A DNA stretch of 64,000 bases from Fimbriimonadales bacterium. Lineage in GTDB: Bacteria; Armatimonadota; Fimbriimonadia; Fimbriimonadales; ATM1. Shown here in pieces: positions 10,430 through 19,514 of this stretch. Location: NCBI GenBank assembly GCA_041744215.1, contig JBGTLG010000004.1, forward strand, positions 47,637 through 111,636. Direction: 5' to 3'. A program made the translations under genes and the position numbers. Each line of letters starts with the position of its first letter. Within the stretch, counting starts at the first letter, position 1. The notes under the pieces are model-generated. The model was not told the DNA's origin and ran no database searches. It saw only the letters and a program-made list of their open reading frames with translations.

Positions 10430-11530
10430 ATGACATTGAACGGAGTGGACGCGGTCGACCTCGTTCTAGTCGGCGTCGGACTTGTCGCCCCTATACTCGT
10501 GGCGGCCGGCATCGCTGGCTGGCTAAAGAGTCTCGCGAGAAGGGCGTCCCAGGTTTCTGGAGTCGCTCCGGCAGAGACGATTGCCTCAATCTTCAGGTGG
10601 CCCGTCGTTTTCGCGGGCGTGCTTGCTGGGCTATACCTCTCATCGCTCTGGGCACGTGAACTTTCAGTCGAGCTCCTTCGAAATCGAAACTGGCCGCTCT
10701 TCGAGCGGTGGCTGATCGCCGCGGCAGTACTTCTCGCGTTCTACGTGGGCTACCGCCTTGCAGTGTCTGCGTTTCGCTTCGCCGCGCGCAGAGCCAATCG
10801 TGACCCGCGCGATTTCTTCTTCATCAGCAAACTTACAGCTGCGGTAATCAGTGCGATCGCCGCAGTGACTGCGCTCAATCTCTTGGGCGTTAACATCGGC
10901 CCAGTCCTGGCCTCATTGGGAGTAGCCGGAATCGCCGTGGCGTTAGCCCTCCAAGACACCCTCGGCAACTACTTTGCATCACTCTCCATTACCGTTGATA
11001 AGGCGCTCAAGCCGGGCGATTACATACGGCTCGAATCAGGACACGAGGGATTTGTCGAGGCGGTCGGATGGCGAACCACGCGGATCAGGCCGTATGGAGA
11101 GACGATGCTCATCGTTCCAAACTCCAAACTGACGTCGTCTATCGTCACTAACTTCTACCTTCCAGAGAATTCAGTGCGAGTCTACATCGATTTTGGAGTC
11201 GGTTACGAAGAGAACTTGGAGGAAGTGGAAGAAGTGCTGATCGAGACGGCCAAAGAAACGATTCACCGAGTGCCGGGCGCGGACACGGAGTTTGAGCCCA
11301 TCGTCCGATTCAAGGAGTTCGCAGACTCGAACATTGCTGGAACGCTGACCTTGCGCGCGAGCGACTTCGAAATGAGCTTTCGTTTGAAGCACGAGTGTAT
11401 AAAGGCGATACACAGGAAGTTTGCAGAGAAGGGAATTGCAATCAACTACCCGGTGCGGCAGATCGTTCCTATGGTAGTCGACACCGGGCCAAAATATCCG
11501 CCGCCAGACGTACCTCGGGACGTCATCTGA
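10430..11530 (+). CDS. Small-conductance mechanosensitive channel (MscS family)
   Basis: LGVAGIAVALALQDTLGN, GDYI, GWRTTRI, VPNSKL motifs. Confidence 0.95.
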   Translation: MTLNGVDAVDLVLVGVGLVAPILVAAGIAGWLKSLARRASQVSGVAPAETIASIFRWPVVFAGVLAGLYLSSLWARELSVELLRNRNWPLFERWLIAAAVLLAFYVGYRLAVSAFRFAARRANRDPRDFFFISKLTAAVISAIAAVTALNLLGVNIGPVLASLGVAGIAVALALQDTLGNYFASLSITVDKALKPGDYIRLESGHEGFVEAVGWRTTRIRPYGETMLIVPNSKLTSSIVTNFYLPENSVRVYIDFGVGYEENLEEVEEVLIETAKETIHRVPGADTEFEPIVRFKEFADSNIAGTLTLRASDFEMSFRLKHECIKAIHRKFAEKGIAINYPVRQIVPMVVDTGPKYPPPDVPRDVI

Positions 11531-11535
11531 ACGAC

Positions 11536-12288
11536 ATGATCAAACCAGACTGGCAATACGCAATGGTCATTGGCGCGTCAAGTGGCGTCGGTGAGCAGAT
11601 AGCGCGGCAGCTCGCCGCGACGGGGTGTAGAGTGGCGCTCGTTGCTCGGCGAGAAGATCGGGTGAGGAAGATCTCAATGGACATAAATGGACCTTCACTC
11701 CACCTCGCCGTTCCGTTTGCACACGATGTGCTTGACTTTACCAACGCCTCGACTCATTTCGATCATGTTGTGCAGGACTTGGGTGGCCTTGATATAGTTT
11801 TCTATGCTGCAGGTGTCATGCGGCGGGTGGGCCCGACCGAATACGACATTGAGAAAGATCAGACCATTGTGGAAACGAATCTCATCGGCGCCATGGCGTG
11901 GCTTAATCCGGCTGCAAAACGGTTTGAGCGCGCGAAAGCGGGAGTTATTGTTGGGATTGGTTCCGTTTCCGGCGACAGAGGTCGCCGAGGGAACCCGGCG
12001 TATGCCGCAAGCAAGGCTGGCCTGGAGTGCTATCTGGAATCCTTGCGCAATCGACTTGCCCAGTTGGGAGTGAGCGTCGTCACCGTAAAGCCCGGACCGA
12101 TCCTCACGGAGATGACTGCTGCGCTCGGAAAGCAGCCAATGATGATCCCTGCAGAGCGAGCCGCTGAACTGATCATCAAGGCTGCAAAGAAGTCAAACAA
12201 AACAGTGTACGTGCCAGGCAGGTGGTGGCTAGTCTCAAGAATTCTAAGAGCAATCCCTTCAGTTTTATTCAGGAGACTGCGGATTTGA
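11536..12288 (+). CDS. SDR oxidoreductase, DprE2-like
   Basis: GASSGVG Rossmann motif, SVSGDRGRRGNPAYAASKAG (YxxxK); overlaps the next gene via TTGA. Confidence 0.85.
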   Translation: MIKPDWQYAMVIGASSGVGEQIARQLAATGCRVALVARREDRVRKISMDINGPSLHLAVPFAHDVLDFTNASTHFDHVVQDLGGLDIVFYAAGVMRRVGPTEYDIEKDQTIVETNLIGAMAWLNPAAKRFERAKAGVIVGIGSVSGDRGRRGNPAYAASKAGLECYLESLRNRLAQLGVSVVTVKPGPILTEMTAALGKQPMMIPAERAAELIIKAAKKSNKTVYVPGRWWLVSRILRAIPSVLFRRLRI

Positions 12289-13754
12289 AACCGCCCACTC
12301 AGCGTCTCGAGCGCGTCGAGGCGTGGGGTATGTCCTCCAGTAGCGTCGCGTATCTTTATAAGCCCTCGTCAGTCGATGGGATTCTTGAAGCCTTCGCTGA
12401 GGCGCGAAGCTTGGGAAAGACCATCGCGCTTAAGGGCGCAGGCAACAGCTACGGGGATGCCTTTCAAAACGCCGAAAACGTCGTGATCGACCTCTCTCGC
12501 ATGACGAGAGTCCTCAAATATGACCCCGTTGAAGGGCTGATCACTTGCGAGCCAGGCGCAACGATTAGGGATATCTGGAGATATGTGATCGGTGATGGTT
12601 GGTGGCCGCCAGTCGTGAGCGGAACAAGCCATGTGACGATCGGAGGTGCCTTGGCTGCGAACATCCATGGCAAAAACAACGTTCATGCCGGACCGATTGG
12701 AGAACATGTTGTTTCCTTTGACCTCTTGCTTCCCTCGGGCCAAGTTGTCCATTGTGATCCGCTTACCGAGCCCGAACTGTTCTACTCAGTCATGGGATCA
12801 TTTGGCCTCTTAGGCGTTATCGTTTCAGCGACGTTGCGACTGAAGAGAGTTCACTCAGGTCAGTTAAACGTCGAAGCGATCGCGGTGAAATCGCTCACGT
12901 CAGCGTTTGAGGTCTTCGAATCTCGAGCGGACCGTCATGATTACATCGTCGGGTGGATCGATGCATTTGCCTCGGGAAGTAGGTGCGGCCGTGGCCTGAT
13001 TCATGTTGCAGACTACGCCGAAGAGGGGGAAGATCCACATCCTGAGGAATCACTACGTGTCGAGGCGCAACAATTGCCGGATACCTTCGGCGGTTGGCTC
13101 GCGCGGTCAAAGCTTTGGAGGATCATGAGGCCGTTCGTACGTCCGAGTGGAATGCGGCTTGTAAACTATGCGAAATGCGTGGGAGCGAAGCGCGAGCATG
13201 GCAAGCAGTATAAGCAATCATTGGTTGCATTCAATTTCCTTCTCGATTCCGCGCCAAATTGGAAGTGGAGTTACCGACCCGGCGCGCTCATCCAGTACCA
13301 ATCATTCATCCCCAAGGAAAATGCGTCTGTGGCGTTCGAGCGTATCATCACTCTATCTCAGGATCGGGGCCTTGTTCCTTACCTCGCTGTGATGAAGCGG
13401 CATCGAAGTGACAGTTTTCTGCTGAGCCATGCGGTTGATGGGTACTCGCTCGCGCTCGACTTCCACGTTACGCGCAAGAATCAAGAGAGGGTGAAGGAAC
13501 TGACACGCGCCCTCGATGATATCGTCCTCGCAAATCAAGGCAAGTTCTACTTCGCAAAAGACAGCACTCTTATTCAGGGGGGAGCTAAGCTCTTTCTCGG
13601 GGAAGATCTCGTCGATAGGTTTACAGCCCTTAAAAAGCGGCTCGATCCCGAAGCTATCCTTCAGACCGAACTCTCTAAGCGTGTGTTTGGTGAGTTCGAA
13701 TCTGCAGCCGCACAGCTTTCGCCAGACGATGAGAACGCGGAACCGATGCGCTGA
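12285..13754 (+). CDS. FAD-binding oxidoreductase, DprE1-like
   Basis: GAGNSYGDA, VTIGGALAANIHGKN, GKFYFAKDS motifs; TTG start overlapping the SDR stop. Confidence 0.85.
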   Translation: MKPPTQRLERVEAWGMSSSSVAYLYKPSSVDGILEAFAEARSLGKTIALKGAGNSYGDAFQNAENVVIDLSRMTRVLKYDPVEGLITCEPGATIRDIWRYVIGDGWWPPVVSGTSHVTIGGALAANIHGKNNVHAGPIGEHVVSFDLLLPSGQVVHCDPLTEPELFYSVMGSFGLLGVIVSATLRLKRVHSGQLNVEAIAVKSLTSAFEVFESRADRHDYIVGWIDAFASGSRCGRGLIHVADYAEEGEDPHPEESLRVEAQQLPDTFGGWLARSKLWRIMRPFVRPSGMRLVNYAKCVGAKREHGKQYKQSLVAFNFLLDSAPNWKWSYRPGALIQYQSFIPKENASVAFERIITLSQDRGLVPYLAVMKRHRSDSFLLSHAVDGYSLALDFHVTRKNQERVKELTRALDDIVLANQGKFYFAKDSTLIQGGAKLFLGEDLVDRFTALKKRLDPEAILQTELSKRVFGEFESAAAQLSPDDENAEPMR

Positions 13755-13773
13755 ATCGTGTCAAAATCGTGGA

Positions 13774-14631
13774 GTGAGTACAGATGGCGCGGCAAAGTAC
13801 ATTGAGTACCCGATAAGGTCCGACAAGCTCTCGATGCGGGCTGAGATAGGTGAACAAATTGCCTGCGTTCAGTCAGATTTCCAATTGATCGAGATTTTCG
13901 AAACTCCTGCTTTCGGCCGCATGCTGTTTCTCGATAAGCACGTCCAACTCGCTGAGTTAGACGAACGTGCATACCACGAATCACTCGTTCATGTGCCGAT
14001 GCTGAATATCAGGAACCCCAAACGCGCGCTCATCATTGGCGGTGGAGATGGCGGGGTGCTTCGCGAAGTCCTACGACACTCAAGCGTCGAACGCGTCGAC
14101 ATCGTTGAGATTGATCCGGAAGTCATCGAAGTCTGCCGGAGGCAGTTGCCGTTTCTCAACGCCGGAGTCTTCGAGGATTCAAGAGTACAACTCACAATTG
14201 GCGACGCCTTCGATTTTGTCCAATCCCCGAGAGAGTCGTACGATCTAATCGTCGTTGACTGCACTGATGTGTATGAAGAAGAGAATGGCGCCCTCAGCGA
14301 GCAGTTGTTCACCGAATCATTTTATCGGCGACTGCTCGAAATGACATCCCAGGAGGGATTCGTCGTCACACAAGCCGACAATTTTGTCTTTTGCCCTTAC
14401 TCGCTTGACGCAATCCGAAAGAGCTTCGCGAAGGTGTTTCCAAAAACGGGCGATTACTTTGCAGTGGTGCCCTCGTTCGGCGGATTCTCAGCGTTCTGTT
14501 GGGGAAGCAAGGATCCTGTGGTACGTCCGCGGTGGACGGACTTGCGAGCAGACCCCGGCGAATTGTCTTACCTTGGCAGCGAAGCGTATGACTTCGGGCA
14601 ATCAAAGCTTACCTTTGTCGATATCAAGTAG
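13774..14631 (+). CDS. speE: Spermidine synthase / polyamine aminopropyltransferase
   Basis: FGRMLFLD, YHESLVH, IIGGGDGG, VEIDPEV, YDLIVVDCTD motifs; start inferred at GTG 13774. Confidence 0.88.
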   Translation: MSTDGAAKYIEYPIRSDKLSMRAEIGEQIACVQSDFQLIEIFETPAFGRMLFLDKHVQLAELDERAYHESLVHVPMLNIRNPKRALIIGGGDGGVLREVLRHSSVERVDIVEIDPEVIEVCRRQLPFLNAGVFEDSRVQLTIGDAFDFVQSPRESYDLIVVDCTDVYEEENGALSEQLFTESFYRRLLEMTSQEGFVVTQADNFVFCPYSLDAIRKSFAKVFPKTGDYFAVVPSFGGFSAFCWGSKDPVVRPRWTDLRADPGELSYLGSEAYDFGQSKLTFVDIK

Positions 14632-14688
14632 CTGCGGAACCACATCGGCAGGAGAGGATTGACGAGCGGTCTGCTCTGCAGTGGTTGG

Positions 14689-14726
14689 TGTTTGGGCACA
14701 AGCCTCGGGAGAAGTGTGCCCAAACA
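14689..14726. repeat. Perfect 12-bp inverted repeat (14-nt loop)
   Basis: TGTTTGGGCACA ... TGTGCCCAAACA in the speE-prepilin intergenic region. Confidence 0.8.
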
Positions 14727-14805
14727 AGCACAAGAAGATAAAACCCGGTCGAACCTCCATCGCTCCGTATTCGTCAGAACGGTGAATCCTAAGGGGAATC
14801 GCGCT

Positions 14806-15618
14806 ATGTTCGAAACACGGCAGTATCGTGGCTTTACTGTAATTGAGTTGCTGGTGGTGGTCGCGATCATCGCGATTTTGGCCGCGATACTGTTTCCGGT
14901 CCTCAAGCAGGCGAGGGATGTTGCGAAGCGGACTGCCTGTATGAGCAACATGCACCAAATCGCAACGGCGATGCGCCTTTACCTCATTGACACGGACGAG
15001 AAGTGGTTCCCGTGCAGCTACTACGAGGAGGCTGGACCTGAGTTTGCTCCCCAAAAGGTTTGGCTGGGTTACGACAACAACAACGGGCCGCTCGTAGAAG
15101 GATTCTATGGTCGATCGAATGCCAGTGCACAGAACCGGCCGCGCCCGGGAATCATAGAACCCTACATCAATAGCCTTGAGATAAAAAGGTGTCCTGCGAT
15201 GCCGAACTCGTGGCAGACTTCCTATGCGCTCAATTGGTTCAGCACGATCTGGCCAAGTGCATACTATGCAACGAATCCAGCAGCGGAGGGGAAAGAGTTT
15301 GGGCCGGCTTCAAAAACCGTCCTGACTGCGTCCGACGGCAGCATGGTCGGTGAAGGTGCGATGGACTCTGAGATAGAAGAGCCATCCATGACGGTCGTCC
15401 TTTGGGAACACGATGCGCGTGCCCCAGTGTGCAACTGGCTACAGGGCTACGACTGGTTCGAAGCGCCGCCAGACGATCCCACGCTTCGAGGACACTTTCA
15501 CTTTTTGCACCACAGCGGCACAAACACGATCTGGGCGGACACCCACGCCAAATGGATGCAATACCGGCAACTACGCCGCCCAATGTTCTCGGTGTACAAG
15601 CACATCTACCCGGACTGA
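14806..15618 (+). CDS. Prepilin-type N-terminal cleavage/methylation domain protein (DUF1559-like, H-X9-DG-type C-terminus)
   Basis: RG^FTVIELLVVVAIIAILAAILFPV...CMSNMHQI; C-terminal HHSGTNTIWADTHAK. Confidence 0.9.
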   Translation: MFETRQYRGFTVIELLVVVAIIAILAAILFPVLKQARDVAKRTACMSNMHQIATAMRLYLIDTDEKWFPCSYYEEAGPEFAPQKVWLGYDNNNGPLVEGFYGRSNASAQNRPRPGIIEPYINSLEIKRCPAMPNSWQTSYALNWFSTIWPSAYYATNPAAEGKEFGPASKTVLTASDGSMVGEGAMDSEIEEPSMTVVLWEHDARAPVCNWLQGYDWFEAPPDDPTLRGHFHFLHHSGTNTIWADTHAKWMQYRQLRRPMFSVYKHIYPD

Positions 15619-15621
15619 TAA

Positions 15622-16239
15622 TCAGTTGATCTGACCAAACAGCGGAACACTAAGTAACTGAGCGTAGAGTTTAGCGTTTGCTACGAAGTCGCCCTGGCTC
15701 GAGTCCAGCGCGCCATAACTCGCTGAAGAATGCAGGTGCTCGACGACTGGCGGATAACGACTCGCATCTTTCCACCAAAGCCGAAGAACGTACACATACC
15801 CAAAGCCGACTCCCGCTGGGACCGAACCTGGAGGAGACCACGTCCCTCTCGCAGTCTTGGATAACGCGGGTAACAATCCCGTGTACCTCTCGAGGCCGAG
15901 GCAATTGACTTCGTCCATTGTTCCCGTTCGAGACTGCGAAATCATTCCGTGACGAAATCGGTGGAAGTAAGTTCGCTTTCGCAAATCAAATCGAAGGTAC
16001 TGAAATCGCAGATACGCCCAAACGCCGGCTCCCAGAAACATCGGCCCAAAGAAGAGGTGCCAATAGGGCATACCTGTATCAGGAATTCCAAAGAAGATGT
16101 CGCTTCCGCCGCTCACAATCATCGCGATACCGACACAAACAGCGGCATAAGCTCCATAAACCTCCAGCGAGCGTTGGCGGAAGGTGAGGACCGTGCGCTC
16201 GCGATTAAGATGAGCCCTGAGAGGATTCTCCATCTGCAT
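15622..16239 (-). CDS. Hypothetical membrane protein (2 TM plus soluble domain)
   Basis: Two hydrophobic segments; GAGG RBS; follows the kinase gene on the same strand. Confidence 0.7.
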   Translation of the reverse strand: MQMENPLRAHLNRERTVLTFRQRSLEVYGAYAAVCVGIAMIVSGGSDIFFGIPDTGMPYWHLFFGPMFLGAGVWAYLRFQYLRFDLRKRTYFHRFRHGMISQSRTGTMDEVNCLGLERYTGLLPALSKTARGTWSPPGSVPAGVGFGYVYVLRLWWKDASRYPPVVEHLHSSASYGALDSSQGDFVANAKLYAQLLSVPLFGQIN

Positions 16240-16248
16240 GGCGCTACC

Positions 16249-17325
16249 TCATATCGAAGCGACCAAGCTTTCCATCTCCGCGCAGTGGTCCTCCATAGAT
16301 TTCAACAAGGCGAACTGAGCGCGTGTCCGTTGCAGGTTTTGCGCCGGAAATGCTTGCCGATAGTATACGTCCCCATTGAGATAGTCCGTGAGAAAGCGGA
16401 TCCCCTGTTCATACGTGATTACCATGCCAGACGATACCAATAGTTCGCGCTCACTCGTCAGGAGACGATCTGCCATCTGAGAGAGGTAGCCCTCTGCCAA
16501 AGCCTTGAATAGATCAAGTCGCACGTTGACGAGACTCAAGTCCCGTTCGTCCTCGTCTCTTCCGGTGGTCATTGATCTCATCATATCTCCCACGTCATAA
16601 AGGGAGGTCCCAGGCATGACTGTGTCTAAGTCGACGACACACAATGCCTCGTGCGTTTCAGAATCAAACAGGATGTTGCTGATCTTAGCGTCGTTATGTG
16701 CAATCCGAACCGGTAGCGGCGGACCTGCGTTCACCAACCACTCTGCGAGGGGCTGACGAGACATCGCAAACGAGATCTCCGGCGCACACTCGCTCGCTCG
16801 ACGGAACGCGTCGCCTGCAACCGCTTCTTCGAAAAGCTGAAACCTTGATGGCGTGTCATGAAAACCAGGAATCGTCTCGTTGAGCAAGTGAGGGGGCAAA
16901 TCTGCGAGCATCGCCTGAAATCGCCCGAACGCAGCCCCAGCGGTTCGCGCTTCGTGTGGCCCTTCGACCGCCCGATGGATGTAAGTGCCGTCGATGAACC
17001 AGTACATCCTCCAAAAAGTATCCTCGCGCTCATAGCAAAACCCGCCGGCTGCCGTAGGTATCAGTCTCAGTACCCGTCGCTCTCGCTCGGACTCACACTT
17101 GGCAGAGAGATGATCGAGCACGCGCTCAATGTTCTCCATAAGCCTTACTGGATCCCGGAAGATAGCGGTGTTTATGCGCTGAAGCAAGTACTGCCCACCA
17201 TCCTCTGTGAGCACGCGATAAGAGTCGTTAATGTGTCCCGCTGCAACTTGCTCGGCCGAATGGATCCGGGAGTCAAGCAGGAAGTGTGAGGCGACGTGGG
17301 AGGGGTCCAGTTGCGAGCGAAGCAA
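16249..17325 (-). CDS. Aminoglycoside-phosphotransferase-family kinase (N-acetylhexosamine 1-kinase-like)
   Basis: GHINDSY, LQRIN, ETIPGFHDTP, HNDAKISN, VVDLDTVMPG motifs; start estimated at TTG 17325. Confidence 0.85.
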   Translation of the reverse strand: MLRSQLDPSHVASHFLLDSRIHSAEQVAAGHINDSYRVLTEDGGQYLLQRINTAIFRDPVRLMENIERVLDHLSAKCESERERRVLRLIPTAAGGFCYEREDTFWRMYWFIDGTYIHRAVEGPHEARTAGAAFGRFQAMLADLPPHLLNETIPGFHDTPSRFQLFEEAVAGDAFRRASECAPEISFAMSRQPLAEWLVNAGPPLPVRIAHNDAKISNILFDSETHEALCVVDLDTVMPGTSLYDVGDMMRSMTTGRDEDERDLSLVNVRLDLFKALAEGYLSQMADRLLTSERELLVSSGMVITYEQGIRFLTDYLNGDVYYRQAFPAQNLQRTRAQFALLKSMEDHCAEMESLVASI

Positions 17326-17381
17326 GACAGAGTAGTTTAGCTCAAGCAGGAACCACACGCCCGCATGACGAACCGAAGCAT

Positions 17382-18824
17382 ATGCCCGAGAACGAGCCAC
17401 CGCAGAAGAATGAGAGTGAACGGCGTCCTCTCATCGAGAGTCCACCTATTGAAACCTCTCATGAGTTGGAGGTGCCTGGCGGTTTACTGAAGTACAAGGC
17501 CACCGTAGGCATGATGCCCCTCAAAACCGAGTACGGGGATCACCAGGCCAACGTTTTCTATACTGCCTACACGAAGGTTGGCGCGCGCAGTTCACGTCCA
17601 CTGATGTTCAGTTTCAATGGCGGACCTGGCAGTTCGTCCGTGTGGCTCCACCTCGGTGCGCTCGGGCCAAAGAGGGCGAAGATGGAGAACGACGGAACGC
17701 TGCCGCCCCCACCTTACAAGCTGGTTGATAATCCGCATACCTGGTTGCGCCACACGGACCTCGTCTGTATAGATCCCGTCGGTACTGGTTACAGCCGCGC
17801 TGCAAACAAGGAGATAGGCAAGAGATTCTGGGGAGTCAAAGGTGACATTGAGAGTGTCGGCGAAGTCATCCGATTGTATCTGACTCGCAACAAGCGCTGG
17901 AGTTCGCCCCTGTTCTTAGTTGGCGAAAGCTACGGAACGACGAGAGCCGCTGGCCTTGCTGGACATCTGATTGAAAAGGGAATCTCTTTCAATGGAATTC
18001 TGCTCGTCTCCTCAATTCTCAACTTCCAAACCGCCAGATTTAATAAAGGCAACGACTTGCCCTATGTGCTGTTCCTGCCGACCTACTGCGCCACAGCATG
18101 GTTCCACAAGAAAGCCGGAACTAAGACACCTCTTCCAAAGTTTCTAAAGGAATGTGAGGCATTCGCAATAGGCGAATATGCCACTGCCCTTGCCCAAGGC
18201 GATAACTTGCGATCTGCGCAGCGAACCGAGACCATCAAGAAGTTGGCTTACTTCACCGGCCTCAGCGAGACCTTTTTGGACAACTGCAATCTTCGAATCG
18301 TAATCATGGACTTTTGCAAAGAGCTGCTGCGTGATAGGAAGCTAACCGTGGGACGGCTGGACTCCCGCTTCATGGGAATCGAAGAATTCGCTACAGGGCA
18401 GACGCCTGACCACGACCCGAGCATGACCGCGATTCGGCCTCCATATACCGCTGCGTTTAATCAATACGTTCGAGAAAAGCTGAGATATGAGACGGACCTT
18501 GAGTACAACATCCTCGGTGGTGGGATTGAAGAGCCCTGGGATTGGGGGTCGGCAGGCGAGGGCCACCCCGACACCAGCGAGGCGTTGAGAGAAGCGTTTG
18601 CGAAGAACCCCCACATGAAACTCTTCGTGGCGAGCGGATTCTACGATCTTGCAACTCCCTACTTTGCGACCGAATACACCTTGTCACACCTCGGACTCGA
18701 CGCCTCGCTAAAGAAGAATGTTAGCGTTGAATACTATCCAGCAGGGCACATGATGTACATTGACACCAAATGTCTTCAAGCGCTCGCAGGGCATGTGGAG
18801 TCGTTCATAAAGGAATCAGTCTAA
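17382..18824 (+). CDS. Peptidase S10 (serine carboxypeptidase)
   Basis: FNGGPGSSS, DPVGTGYSR, GESYG, YDLATP, GHMMY motifs; no signal peptide evident. Confidence 0.93.
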   Translation: MPENEPPQKNESERRPLIESPPIETSHELEVPGGLLKYKATVGMMPLKTEYGDHQANVFYTAYTKVGARSSRPLMFSFNGGPGSSSVWLHLGALGPKRAKMENDGTLPPPPYKLVDNPHTWLRHTDLVCIDPVGTGYSRAANKEIGKRFWGVKGDIESVGEVIRLYLTRNKRWSSPLFLVGESYGTTRAAGLAGHLIEKGISFNGILLVSSILNFQTARFNKGNDLPYVLFLPTYCATAWFHKKAGTKTPLPKFLKECEAFAIGEYATALAQGDNLRSAQRTETIKKLAYFTGLSETFLDNCNLRIVIMDFCKELLRDRKLTVGRLDSRFMGIEEFATGQTPDHDPSMTAIRPPYTAAFNQYVREKLRYETDLEYNILGGGIEEPWDWGSAGEGHPDTSEALREAFAKNPHMKLFVASGFYDLATPYFATEYTLSHLGLDASLKKNVSVEYYPAGHMMYIDTKCLQALAGHVESFIKESV

Positions 18825-18890
18825 GCTAACAAACAGTGTGCTAGTACTTGTGCCTGTGTGAATCGAGATTCCAAGTGGTATTGCCCCAGT

Positions 18891-19046
18891 ATGAAATGCT
18901 GGGCATTGGCCATCCTCGTGGCACTAGCGCTCTCGATTGTCGGTTGCGGCGACGACCCGTTCGAGCATCGTTCCACTCGAGACGAAGCCGAACAAACCGA
19001 GCACAGCATGCTCAAGGGCGTTGGGCGAAAAATCGACGGCGATTAG
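18891..19046 (+). CDS. Small lipoprotein
   Basis: MKCWALAILVALALSIVG^C lipobox; followed by a terminator. Confidence 0.6.
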   Translation: MKCWALAILVALALSIVGCGDDPFEHRSTRDEAEQTEHSMLKGVGRKIDGD

Positions 19047-19077
19047 TCCCAGTCCCATCGAATTGTCGAAGCATGTT

Positions 19078-19112
19078 AAAGCCCACGAGACCGCGCAGGT
19101 CTCGTGGGCTTT
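19078..19112. terminator. Bidirectional intrinsic terminator
   Basis: AAAGCCCACGAGACC-GCGCA-GGTCTCGTGGGCTTT perfect 15-bp stem between convergent genes. Confidence 0.85.
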
Positions 19113-19132
19113 GGACATTCTGATAACAGGGC

Positions 19133-19396
19133 TTAGCCTTCCGCAGGCGGTGCCTCGTCGGCCTTCTTCTTCGTAGTCTTCTTGGCAGGGGCCTTTTTGG
19201 CAGTCGTGGCCTTCTTCGCGGTCGCAGCCTTCTTCGGAGCGGCTTTCGGCTTCTCTGCGGGTGACCCCGCTCCAGCGGCTGCGGGTGCTTTCTTGACCTT
19301 TGATTTCGAGGAGGATTTTGCTTCCTTGATCGCTGCCTTGATCACTTTCTCTTTTCGGCTTCGCCGTCGGCGGATTTCCTTGTTTCTAATTCGCAT
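19133..19396 (-). CDS. Small basic Lys/Ala-rich protein (histone H1-like tail; Arg-rich N-terminus)
   Basis: MRIRNKEIRRRRSRKEK then repeated AKKA/PAKK; GAGGG RBS. Confidence 0.8.
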   Translation of the reverse strand: MRIRNKEIRRRRSRKEKVIKAAIKEAKSSSKSKVKKAPAAAGAGSPAEKPKAAPKKAATAKKATTAKKAPAKKTTKKKADEAPPAEG

Positions 19397-19514
19397 AGAG
19401 TTGGTTCCCTCGTGGGCCGGATGCGATGTTACCTCGGAGAGGGCAGCGGGCGGGTATCATGCGGCGGCGTGGTTAGTTGCCGCGCTTTTTAGTGTCAAGG
19501 ACACAACTTCCAAT

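Noticed and set aside
19182-19514. N-terminal extension of the saccharopine dehydrogenase ORF
   Set aside because: It is the antisense of the Lys/Ala-rich gene; the Rossmann motif starts right after ATG 19515
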